A stretch of DNA of 63,953 nucleotides, counting the filler, from Octopus bimaculoides (taxonomy: Eukaryota): assembly GCF_001194135.2 (NCBI RefSeq). It is 6 parts of 6 records of this genome, joined end to end, with 100 filler letters (N's around TTAATTAATTAA, not from the genome) between each part and the next. Parts side by side here need not be neighbours in the genome. Positions count along the whole stretch, not along the records: positions 37,608 to 60,614 come from NC_068997.1; positions 60,715 to 63,953 come from NC_069000.1; 4 more parts are not named here. One strand, given 5' to 3'. The position numbers and the translations under genes were made by a program. Shown piece after piece: positions 49,560 to 61,970 of the stretch; position 1 is the first letter of the stretch, and each line of letters starts with the position of its first letter. Under the pieces are notes generated by a model that worked only from the letters and a program-made list of their open reading frames with translations, was not told the origin of the DNA and searched no databases.

Positions 49560-50237
49560 CAAGGGTCGGCGAACCAGGGTAAATTACCCCAAGTGGGGTA
49601 AAAATGAAATTCTTGGGAGTAATGAGGACTCATTAGACATAAGTAAAATCATATAAAAAACATGTTCCTTATTCCGAGAGAAGTTTTTCTTCTATCAACA
49701 CAACTTCTGTCCAATGTAATGGATGTGTTTAGGAGACGTCATGTCATTTTGAACTATAAACAATTTGGTTGCTAAAGCGTTGTCAGGTGCTTAAACATAT
49801 TATTTGTCAGTTGCCTGAACCTTATTTTTGGACACACGTGTTTTTGCTTTGTTTAAATAGATTTAAGTAGTTATTTCAATTCAACCCTTTAATGAAATCG
49901 ATTGGACCCCCAAAGACTCTATCTAAATTGCTCTGACATCAAAATGCCCCAATTTTGACGTAATTGTAACAAAAACGAAACTTCATTTCTCCAAAACCTG
50001 AAGTGGAAAAGTTTCTAGAAAATTCCTTTTGTTTCATAATGAGGATATTAAATTATTTTATCGCATTTGTTTTATACTTTTTATATTTATAATTGTATTC
50101 TCCTTATAAATAGATTCAATAAACCTTTTGAATTCAAAGAATCTATGATTTTCTTCCCTTCAAATCAAGAGGGCGGGGTAACATAGGCATAAATAAATAT
50201 ATTTTAGGGGAATCGGTGAAAAAAGTTCCAATCTCTG
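49560..50237. mobile_element. hAT (Charlie-like) non-autonomous relic
   Basis: Starts CAAGGGTCGGCGAACC, ends GTTCCAATCTCTG. Possible degenerate 8-bp TSD AATTAGCA/CTTTAGCA. Weak transposase C-terminal remnant on the minus strand. Confidence 0.4.
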
Positions 50238-50379
50238 CTTTAGCATTCAAATTATTCTGTCAAATACAATGTTTATTTATTCACATTGTTTTCAATCAAT
50301 CATGAATTATCTCATAGCTTTGAGATTGAACAGCATGAATATGAATATATTACTACATGAATATATTTATGTGCCAGTG

Positions 50380-50550
50380 ACACGTAAAAGTACCCACTAC
50401 ACTCTTGGAGTGGTTGGCATTAGGAAGGGCATCCAGCTGTAGAAACTCTGCCAGATCAGATTGGAGCCTAGTGCAGCCATCCGGTTCGCCAGTCCTCAGT
50501 CAAATTGTCCAACCCATGCTAGCATGGAAAGCGGACGTTAAACGATGATG
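50380..50550 (+). mobile_element. RTE 3' UTR/tail copy
   Basis: CACTACACTCTTGGAGTGGTTGGCATTAGGAAGGGCATCC...GGACGTTAAACGATGATGATG. Confidence 0.8.
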
Positions 50551-51216
50551 ATGAGGATGATGATGATACATGTACTATCCCACATTTAATACCAATGCAT
50601 ATATGATACATATATACATAGAACTTAGGTGCAGGCATGGCTATGTGAAAAGAAATTTGCTTCTCAATCACATGGTTCCAGGTTCAGTCCCTGCATGGCA
50701 CCTTGGGTAAGTCTTTCTCTAAAGCCCCAGGCTGACCAAAACCTTGCGAGTGGGTTTGGTAGATAGAAACTGAAAGAAACCTCATCAAATATGTATGTAT
50801 GTATGTATTATGTATGCATGCATGCATGTGTGTGAGTGTGTTAGTTTCTCTGGGCTTTGACACTGTGTAGCAGTCGTAAACAAGTGTCACCATTATGGAA
50901 ATAAATATCCTTCGTTTCCAATCTTCTGGTCATGGGGAAATATTGTCTTCAAAACAACTGAAGATTGATGACAAGAAGGGCATCTGGCCACAGAAAATCT
51001 GCCTCAACACATTCTGTCTATCTGACCCATGCGAACATGGAAAATTTGGCCCTAAAACAATGATGATGATGACAGTGATGATGATCTCACACACACACAC
51101 ACACACAGTGGCAACATCCAACAGACATAAAACAGCTCATGTTATTTCATCCACTCTGAAGTTAGTTTACAACTTACTTCACCCCCTCCTCCTCTTTTCT
51201 AGAATCAAACAGTTGC

Positions 51217-51255
<39 letters not shown>

Positions 51256-52310
51256 CATGTGTGGTGTGCATCACATCACCAAAAACATTCTAGTAACATC
51301 TCAACAAATTGTGTAGTAGTAGTAGTAGTAGTGGTGAATTGTGGCACATGGCCAGAAATTCGTTAGCAAGGCAGGTATTGTCGATTAAATCCACTGCAGT
51401 ACTTGACTGGTACTTTATCCAGTAACGAAGAAAGGCCAAGTTGACCTCAGAAGAATTTGAACTCGGAACTCAGAGGGCGAAGCAACTAAATGTTCTGCAA
51501 GTCATTGAAACGATCCACTTGATAGATAGGAGTCTTATTCTGTTACATGTTACAGTTATTGCAATGGGGCCATGTGCTGGGGACACCACTTTGAAAGGTT
51601 TAATCGATCCCAAGTATTTATCTTTTTAAAGTATGGTACTTATTTTATAGGTCTCTTTCGCTGAACTGCGAACGCGAGGGAACGTAAACAAACCAACAAT
51701 AGTTGGAGAGAGGAGATACGAAGGCATGTACATGCGCCCCCTCCCCACAGGCTTCTGTACAGTTTCAGCCAACCAAATTCACTCACAAAGCGTTGGTCGA
51801 TCCGGGGGGTTATAAGAGAAGATATTTGCTCAAGGTGCAGTGTAATGGGATTGAACACGAATCCATGTGTATTGAGTTCTGTTGGGATAAAGTTATTATT
51901 TTTTTTTGTTCGAGACGTGTGTGTATGTGTATATAAACCCCTGTCGATTCACCAGAAGCGACAAATTACAGGACTCAATATAAATGTAAAGTATTTAATA
52001 TATTATAACTGAAAGGCTCGCTCACTCACTCACACATTCTACTTCACATACAGAGTTTCATATTTCCCGTTTGTAAAAGCAATCGTACATATCTGATCTC
52101 TATTTTATCGACCCCCGCCTCTTCTATACACACACACACACACACACACACACTGAGTGGAGGCATGATCTGAACTCAAAACACGGAAGAAAGAAAATGA
52201 AATTTTAATTCAGTGAGGCAGCGTTTAGTCTGGCACTCTACCATTTCTGCCATTCCACAGCATTCCAAAAAATAACAATGGTTTCTAAAAGAGGCACAAG
52301 GCCATACATT

Positions 52311-52344
<34 letters not shown>

Positions 52345-54052
52345 ACGAGAGAGAGGGATATAACAGAATTATAGTAAAATTCGGAATCCGTGGAATCTGG
52401 TGAAGCTCTGTGGCCGACAAGAATTTAATCGATAAAGACAGTTCCTTTGAGAAAAGGGTTCGATAAGTTCAATTATCGTGAGAGCCAGTATAAGTGTTTA
52501 TCCTTCTCTTCGTAGCTGACTCCTGTCTGGAATTTTCTGAGAATTATGTTGACATTGTTTTCAGTCTGTCAACATTATTTCCAATATCATGAACAACAGT
52601 CCCAGATTACCAAGCACTCCCCTGCTTATTTGGATGGTATGCTAGGTGGTGGAAAGATTTGATGTAGACACAAATTTATAAAATTACTGTGTTATACTAG
52701 CGTATAAACCGCACAATTTCATACTTAATTTTAACTGAAAAAAAACAACCACTGGAGTGCGATTTATACACGAGGCAAAGCTAAGACAGTTTTATAATAA
52801 TATCACGATGAACAAAATAATAATTCTTTCTACTAATTAATAGGAATAAGGCCTGTAATTTGGGGGAAGGGGGTTAATCGATTACATCGACTCTACAACT
52901 TGATTGGTACTTTCGACTCCAGATAGATGTATCCCAACGTTGATATCGGCAAATAATAGTTGAGGTTTAATCGCTTATATCCCACAAAGGATAAAAAGCA
53001 AAGTTGATCACAGCATTATTTGAACTCAGAAAGTGAAGAGCTGGAAGAAATGCCGCTAGGCATTTTGTCCGATGCACTAACAGTTCTGTTAGTTGGTCAC
53101 CCTTATGGCTTCTAATTTAAGCGCAAGGCCAGCGATTTTGAGAAAGGACCAGTCAATACCTTAGCCACTACCCCCTCAGTACTCGACTGGTACTTTACTT
53201 TGTCAACCCTGGAGGGATACCAACGTGAAGTAATAATTAACAACACAGTATTAAACACATACACATAAATAAAGACGAATGAATGAATGAGATTCTCAGA
53301 AGAAGAAAAAAACCCCAAAGTTTTATTTGGCACAAGACCAACATAACTAGAGCATTAAAATACAGTGTGAAATAAGAGGAAATATAAGGGTTTGTGACAA
53401 AAGCTCAAGGTTTCGCGTTTAGGGGAAATTTAAAGCGAAAGGAGATTGTTTAAGGTTTACCTTTCATGTCAAGGGCATAGCAGAAAGCTAATGAAGTGAC
53501 ATGGCAACAACTGAGGAACGAAGCCGGCTCGTGGGTATGCACTCGCCGGCAAACAACAACAGGAGTGGATACCAAAAATTAAGAGTGAAAAGCGGATGAG
53601 ATTGTGTGATGTTCATGCCACTTCCTTCCTCTCAAAGACTAATGATGTGGAAGATAATTATAATTTGACAGTAAACAGATAAAGGCCGGCGACGATGATG
53701 GTTTATTTGCTAGCTACGAAATAAATCTGCATTATCATTAAGTTGGTTATATATATATAGATATTTACGGGGTGGAGGCCAAGATTAAAAGGCAGTGTTT
53801 ATTTTATGTATGTGTGTGAGCGTAGCAAATTTTTAATTGAAATACTTTATAATCAATGTCACACTTCTTATCTCTGCTAGTATTATCGGCAAGTTCAGCT
53901 ATGGGCTTATGTTTTCCATCTAAACTGACAGAAAAACAAAGGACGCACAGTANNNNNNNNNNNNNNNNNNNNNNNNNNNNNNNNNNNNNNNNNNNNNNNN
54001 NNNNNNNNNNNNNNNNNNNNNNNNNNNNNNNNNNNNNNNNNNNNNNNNNNNN

Positions 54053-54096
<44 letters not shown>

Positions 54097-54249
54097 AACA
54101 AATAGAGAGAGGAAACAGGCGAAATGTTTACATGTCATTGATGTCAACAACGGGTGAGAGGGAGAGGGAGAGAGAGAGAGAGAAAGAATTAGTCACGGAT
54201 CAAGCTAAGTGTCCTCTCACCACCGCCGCCACTCTTTCGCTCTTCTTAC

Positions 54250-54617
54250 CATTGCAGAACATCAAAGTCAGGCTGACACTAAATGAACAAGAACACACAC
54301 GCACACCAATTACCAGCTAATTTCTTAGGTTTCGCAGTACTCTATCAATCTACCCTTTTTTTTATCACGTCTGTGATACAGTTATCTATAAATTAGTCAA
54401 TCTCTCTTTCTCTTTCTCTCTCTCTCTTTTTATTTAAAAGCTAAGTAGTGATACGAAAAAAAAAATATTTAATTTACAATTGCATCGAGAAATAGTTTCT
54501 CGTGCATTCGTGCAAAGCGAATTAAGGACAATAAAGAACAAATCAAATTTAGAGCGATACTATAGAGTAGACACAACCAAAACGACAAGGTACTTGAAAA
54601 CAAAATCAAGCCACATT
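54250..54617 (-). other. Candidate minus-strand 5' exon ending in ATG|GT
   Basis: Minus-strand acceptor CATTTTTACTTCAG|AATG and donor CAATG|GTAAGA. Sequence signals only. Confidence 0.3.
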
Positions 54618-55582
54618 CTGAAGTAAAAATGTTTATCCATCATCTCTTTCTCTCTCCCCACATACATATATACATAGATACATGCATGCACACACACATA
54701 CATACATGTATGTATACATATATGTGTGTGTAAATCTACGTGTTTAACAATTTATCTATCTCTAATCTCCTTGACTTATTTTCATAAACCACCATCAAGA
54801 TCTCAACTAGCAGACAAGCCACCACCATCATCACCACAACCATCATCATCACAACCATCATCAACACTTATTTTTGTTGTTGATAAATTTTACTTCACAA
54901 TACATAAAGAAAAATAGACACAATCCAACGAACAACGAAGGAGATAACCTCGACGTGGTAGGTCCACCTGCTAGGAATAGCAACCAAATATTGCTTAAAT
55001 CACACCTTGACTGTCTTAAAAAGGGAGGGAGGAAAGGAAACCACATTGGACAATGTAGAAATAGGCACAGAATATCTGTAAAAGAAGATGGATAATCAAA
55101 GCTGGAACGTCTTTGATCGTAGGTGTTTGCTAATTCGGAGCCGATCTGAGGTTGATCTCAAACAATAGCGAAGGCGATCAGGAGTAGTGACGAAACCTAG
55201 CAGGGTTTGATTAGCGAGGTTGTAGAAGAATGTTGAAGATGAGGACGATATTAAGATTTCGGTGGTGTAACTAAAGAAGCCATACGACTGTAGTATCATC
55301 TTCCATAGTTAGCACACACACACACACACATCTATCTAGTGTGTGTGTGTGATAAGGCATATTGATATTTTAGCTGTGAGAATTCAAACAGGCACACGAC
55401 ACCTACATTCAATCCTAGTATAATGGCATTTTAACTGAAAATGAACACACACACACACACTATCTCTCTCTCTCAATCACACGCACATGTATATCTTTTA
55501 TTATTCCATTCATATCTTGGATCATTATAGGAATATACGCTATAAAATCTACTCCCGCTCAGTACACAATTAGCATTACCTT

Positions 55583-55620
<38 letters not shown>

Positions 55621-56290
55621 AAGAGAGAGAGAGAGAGAGGTGGGGGTCTTTCTGTTGGGGGTGTTGTTAACACATGATCATGTCTTGCAGTAAACAGTTC
55701 ACAAACGGCAATACGGAAGAAGAAAACGAACAAACAACTAAACAAAAGAACAGTAAACAAAAATGAAATGAATAGAGGCAAAATAGCAAGTAAAGAGATG
55801 GCAGTATGGTTGTGTGTGTGTGCGTGCCTATGTGTGTATGTAGTGGATTTAATATTTAATACTTCGTATTAATTTTACGGCTGATGGATCAGTTTGTGGT
55901 ATCAGAAACGAAACGATAGCTAAGATCGTTTGCAACACTTGCATGCAAGACCACATTTCGCGATGTGATCCAAAGTGGAATCACTACAGCTGTGCTCGGG
56001 TTTAGAGTAAGATGCGCGTGCATTTCCTGTAAAGAGCTGGGTTTATCAATTAAATTTTTTGTTTGTTTGTTTTCGTTTTATCCACAATACCAAAGATTTT
56101 TGCACGAAGATACAGTAGCGACCTAGATGGAGCAAAGCTGTGTGGATTTTGCTTTTTTGGATCACAGTTGTGCTGTGAGTTTCAAGAATTTGTAGCATAC
56201 TGTTTTCTCTTCAGTTTTCTTTTGCATCGCAGTCGTTTATGACAAAATAGAAAGGTGCTTTCCAAAAGATCCTTTTTATTTTGCCTTCAG

Positions 56291-56365
56291 AATTTGAATA
56301 AGTCTACAACAGCATTTTAGAAATGCAAGATGTTGATCATACAGTTGAAATGACACAAAGGGAAG
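56291..56365 (+). other. Candidate plus-strand exon carrying a start codon (MQDVDHTVEMTQRE..)
   Basis: Acceptor TTTTATTTTGCCTTCAG|, ATG at 56323 with an in-frame stop upstream, donor GAAG|GTATTT. An alternative donor TAC|GTAAGA lies at 56517. Confidence 0.3.
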
Positions 56366-57559
56366 GTATTTTCTTCCACCTAAAGATGAAAACCTTGTGC
56401 TTGGCACTTGGTCTTCCTATCTGATGTAGCGAATTGTTCCCAGACATCTTAGGTACAAAGTTATCCAGCATTTTGATGTGTATCAGATGTAGTAGAACCA
56501 GGTTACATTGCCATACGTAAGAAATAGGCGCATGTTGGATACACGCATTCTTTCGTTTGCAGTAAGACACACACCCCACACAGTTATATACATATCACAG
56601 ACATACACGCATACACACACAAACATATATAACACCCATACATATCCGCACACACACATTTATATTATATATATATATACATCACATATATACATATGAC
56701 TCAGTGATTTCACATATCATACAAACATAAGTATACATATATATATTTGTTTGTGTGTGGGTACAGATGTCATATAGCTACATATGAAAAGTGGTTGGTG
56801 GACAGAGAAACAACAAATGGGTTTGTTTAAGTGGTGTGAAAATGAAGGTACAGACAGAAGCACTTCGGGCGGGGCCCTTTCTGGAAGTAGAGAAATAGAG
56901 AGGAGATGCAGTATCTGTGTTAAAGAAAGGTAATGACCAGAAACAATGGACAGTGATGGTCTGCATTAGCATGAACAGTGTTGGAAATAAAAGAAACAAT
57001 CTCATAGTACACATTAATATATACCTTTTTTTGTTGTTGTTATTTCCAAATCCAATTCATACTCATGCACTCTAGCAGAACCTAAACAGCGAGAATGTAT
57101 GGTTGATCAGATAGTGAATAAGACAGGATGATGGTTAAATAGTTAATCGGGAATTATTTATGAAGATGAATAAATAAAGCAGCTAGAAAAATAAATAGGT
57201 AAACAAAAGAAAATATGTAACGAAAAGCGATGATAATTCACTTTAAGTCGAGTCTTGGCAGTAGTTTGCTCTAGTGAAATGCATGTCATTTTTAATGGAG
57301 GGGACTAGTGTTCAGTGATGACCGGTTTGGCAGCTAGTCTTATGAGAAGATATAATTGAGATGAGATACTAAATAAACAGATAAATATATATAGATATAT
57401 AAATTGATAAATATAGATAGACAAATCGATAATCTGACAGAAAGCGAGATATAAAAATGTGATTTTTCTCCCAAAATAACAAACACTTAACTTACCTATA
57501 TGTAATCCGATTGATGTTAGAACTATAAATATCCATTTGAATGTGGCCAGCATATTTTA

Positions 57560-58621
57560 TATGGAGACATACAGAAAGTAGCGGTGTTTGTAGTATAATG
57601 CAGTGTTGTGGGGTGTTTAGTAGTGTTGTGGTATGATGACAGTGCGTAATGTAACACCGAGATTATTATTGTGTTTCCGTGGCTGGTGTGGAGTCATAAT
57701 TGGTGGGGGTGACAGTTATGGTGTTAATATGTGCAGTGTAGCTGTGGTAGTGCGTTGCGAGTGTAGTACAAAGTGTTGTGTTATAATTAGTGTCGGCGGC
57801 AGTTATGGTGTCGTAATTTGTATACACTGTCGTGTGGTGGTGATTGTCTGCTATGTTGGTGGGGGTGAGACAGACTATTTAGTTATATTCGATGTACAGT
57901 GTCGCTGTTATTGTTGTACAAGTGCGCGCGCGTATGTCTCTCTTTCTCTCTCTATTATGTTGTATGTATGTGTGTATGTATGTGTGTGCATGTGGGTGAG
58001 TGTCCTATTCTGTGATGTCCTGGTGGTGGTGGTATTGAGTAGGGGTCGACAGTTATGGTGCGCCGTTTCACCTTTCTGTGAAAGACAGCGCAGCAAATAT
58101 GGCGCTGCTGTCTGGCTTGGCAGTAATTCTCTGTGGCTGTGTATGTCTCACTGTGTATGTGTCTGTGCAACTGTGTAGACTACTATGTATGCTGCCATAG
58201 CTAATTGTATATGTGTGACCTGGCTGCTGTGTGAGTGTGAGCGTGTGTTTATGTGATTGTGTGCTCATTAATGTGTATTCTTCACTGAGTGGCTCTGCTC
58301 CTAGCTATATGTGTGAGTGTGTGTAACTTGGCTGCATGAGAGTGCGTGCCTGTAACTTGGCTCTATGTGTGAGTGCTTCGCTCGATGTGCCTGTGTGTGT
58401 GTGTGTGTTTGCTTGGCTCTATGTGTATGTGTATATGCGGCTGTAAGCGTATATTTCTGTGCCTGACTGCGTATTTCTGTATCTGAGCTTTGCCTGGCAT
58501 ATGTATGTGTATGTGTATGCGCGCGTGTGTCAGTCTGTGAGTGTGAGTCAATGTCTGTGAATGTATGTGTTTGTGTGTGTATCTATCTGGTTTGATCCAA
58601 ATATATGTACGCGCAAATGTA

Positions 58622-58682
<61 letters not shown>

Positions 58683-59234
58683 AACTGAATGAATGATGGC
58701 AACTGTAATTCTCTCTTTTTCTTTCTCTGTCACTCTGTCTCACACTCAGCATTCATGCATGTATGTGTAGATGTATGTGTATATTTGTGTGTGCGTTGTG
58801 ATTTAGTTTGTTTCCCTGACACAGTGTGTGTATGTGTTTGTGTATATTGTATAGTATCTTGGTGTATGGCTATCTCTCTGTGTATGTGTGCGCTCTGTCT
58901 TATTCTAATGTGTGTATATATTTATACGTACATCTACATGCATGTGTGCAGTATAAGTCTCCCTATCTTTCTCTTGAGTGTGAGTGCGTGTGTATGTGTG
59001 CGTGTGTGTTCTTTGTTACTCTGTCACAGTCGTTTTTCGTTTCTTTTTGTCTCATTTCTCTCTTTCTCCCTATCCGTCTTCTTTTTTTTGCATCTCACTA
59101 TTTTCGACTCACTGTGTGCAAAAAAAATATTCGTTAGTGTGACTGTGTGCATGTGTGTGTGTGTGTGTGTGTGTGCGTGCGTGCATGTGTGTCAGTATGT
59201 ATCTAACTCTCTCCTCTATGTATATGACTTAATA

Positions 59235-59265
<31 letters not shown>

Positions 59266-59360
59266 ATCTCACATTTTGTAACTGAATGAGTCGAGTGCAC
59301 AAGTAGTTATTTGTTGTATTTGCTCCCCACTGCTTCTCTTTCTTCCTCTCTCCTTTCTTC

Positions 59361-59402
<42 letters not shown>

Positions 59403-59534
59403 AGTTACCTATAGTTTCTCATTTTTGTATATCATCGTTCGAAGATCGGAACCGCGAAACTCGGAGTAATGGTTTGTGAAGTTTCAGCTTCCATATAAAG
59501 TATAATATAATATAATATAATATTATATAATATA

Positions 59535-59571
<37 letters not shown>

Positions 59572-60714
59572 TTCTATTGAGTACACCGTGTTCACACTCA
59601 AGTGTTTATACACACTCATACACATATATAAACAAATAAATATGTGTGTGTGTGTGTGTGTGTATATACGATTAGATAATGAGCGAATACATGTGATTAT
59701 GTAGGTGAATGTATGTATGTATGTGCAAATATGTGTCTGTATGTGTGCGCTTTCTGACTGCGCCAGTCTGTCTCGGCTAGTTTCAGTGGCTGTTGCTATG
59801 TATAAACTCCTCTCACTTCCACATTGATTCTCTATAGCTCTCTCTTACTTTCCCTCTCCTCCCTCACTCTCTCCGTCTCCATCTGTCTATCTATCTCTAT
59901 CATATACCTTCCCCTCTTCCTCTCTATATTCATTCACTGTATTCCTCTGTCTGTAATTTCCCCCCTACCTTCCTCTTTTCCCTCTCAATCTCATTCCATT
60001 ACACTCTTTCAATCAATTTATTACTCTCTCTCTCTCTCTCTTTCAATCAATTTATTACTCTCACTCTCTCTCTTTCAATCAATTTATTACTCTCTCTCTC
60101 TCTCGTTCCCCGCTTTCTGTCAAATTTACTTGTTTTATCATTTCTCTCACTATCTCTCTCATTTTTCCCCTCTCTATTTCTCCTCTCTTTCCTTCTCTCT
60201 CTTTGTCTCTGCTTTCTCCTTCTTTCAATTTTTATCGTCCTCTTTTACTTTCTTCGTCTCTTGTCTCTTTCTCACTGTCAAATTTACTTTCTCTCTTCTT
60301 CCATACTCTCTTTTTCTCAATTTTTCCTCATTTTTCTCTGTCTATCTCCCTCCTTCACTCTCTCTTTATCTGTACCTGTCTGTCCTCTTTTCTCTGTCTG
60401 TTTCTGACTGTCTGCTTCTCTTTTTCTCTCTCTCCGTTTCTGTCTCTCCGTTTCTGTCTCTCTGTTTCTGTCTCTCTCTGTTTCTGTCTCTCTCTGTTTC
60501 TGTCTCTCTTTGTTTCTGTCTCTCTGTTTCTGTCTCTCTCTGTTTCTGTCTCTCCGTTTCTGTCTCTCTGTTTCTGTCTCTCTCTGTTTCTGTCTCTCTC
60601 TGTTTCTGTCTCTCNNNNNNNNNNNNNNNNNNNNNNNNNNNNNNNNNNNNNNNNNNNNTTAATTAATTAANNNNNNNNNNNNNNNNNNNNNNNNNNNNNN
60701 NNNNNNNNNNNNNN

Positions 60715-60769
<55 letters not shown>

Positions 60770-60968
60770 TATATATATATATATACACACATATATATCT
60801 ACATATATAAATGTGTGTGTGAGTGTGTTTGTGTGTGTATGGTCAATTCGAATTTCACTAATTTTGGATCGCCTTGATAAAGTCGTGTTAACATATTTTT
60901 TCGGAAGTATCAATATCATTTTTTATATTCTACACACACACACATATACATATATACACACACACATA

Positions 60969-61009
<41 letters not shown>

Positions 61010-61921
61010 ATGCAATAGAAACGATTGTCGGCTATATTAGGTGAAATTTATAATAAAAATGTAAATATTTCCTATACGTATTTTTTGTTGTCAAGTACTT
61101 TGAAATTCTACCAAAGGATATTTGGTATGAGAAGTTACATGGAATCTGCATACAACTTACATTTATTGGTGCTTAATTGTTGAATATTGTTAACCAAATT
61201 CTTTTAATACTGAGTGCTTTTTTGATATCTGCCAGGATTTTAAAATCCCTTTTTTCTTTTANNNNNNNNNNTATATATATATATATATATATATATATAC
61301 AAAGTTTTAATTTTTTATATTTAAGAGAGAGATTTGACACTAATATATATATATACAAAATATATGATAGATATATATATTTACATAATACACACACACA
61401 CATACACATAAAATATATGTAATATATATATATCTATATAATATATAGAGGTTGGTGATTATGCCAAACAGTAGCATCGAAACTGGTGCTCCATGATTGC
61501 AAGACCGAACTCCTTAAAAGTACAGTTATACCCACCCCAGTGTGTGCGTGCGTACGTGCGCGCGCGCGTGTGAGTGTGAGTGTGCGTGTCAGTGTGTTTG
61601 TGTGTGTGCGCGCGTGTGTAAGCGCATTAGTAAGAGTGTGAAGATATTTTTCAAAGCAAGGTGTGGTTGTGTTATCAAAATATGGTTCTGTTTCTATCTA
61701 TGTGGGATTCTTTTCTTTTCTGAGTGTGTGTGTGGATGTGTATGTATATGTGCGTGTGTGTGAGCGCGCCTGTCTGTGAGTGTTTATGTGTACGTGTGTT
61801 TGTAAACGTAACACGAAGAAAATGTAAAAAATTATTAAATATCATCCTGGTTTATCATTGTTCAGGGAGTTATGCTACTACAATGAATATTATATATACA
61901 TAGATACTTATACATTCACAC

Positions 61922-61970
<49 letters not shown>

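Noticed and set aside
53523-53551. GCCGGC..GTG..CAC..GCCGGC hairpin
   Set aside because: Short, relies on self-complementary hexamers, and has no supporting context.
55096-55299. 67-aa minus-strand ORF in unique sequence
   Set aside because: No recognisable domain or codon pattern; at most a uORF within a putative 5' region.
61450-61492. GTGATTATGC..GCATCGAAACTGGT possible ribozyme relic
   Set aside because: Too many core changes and no stem I.
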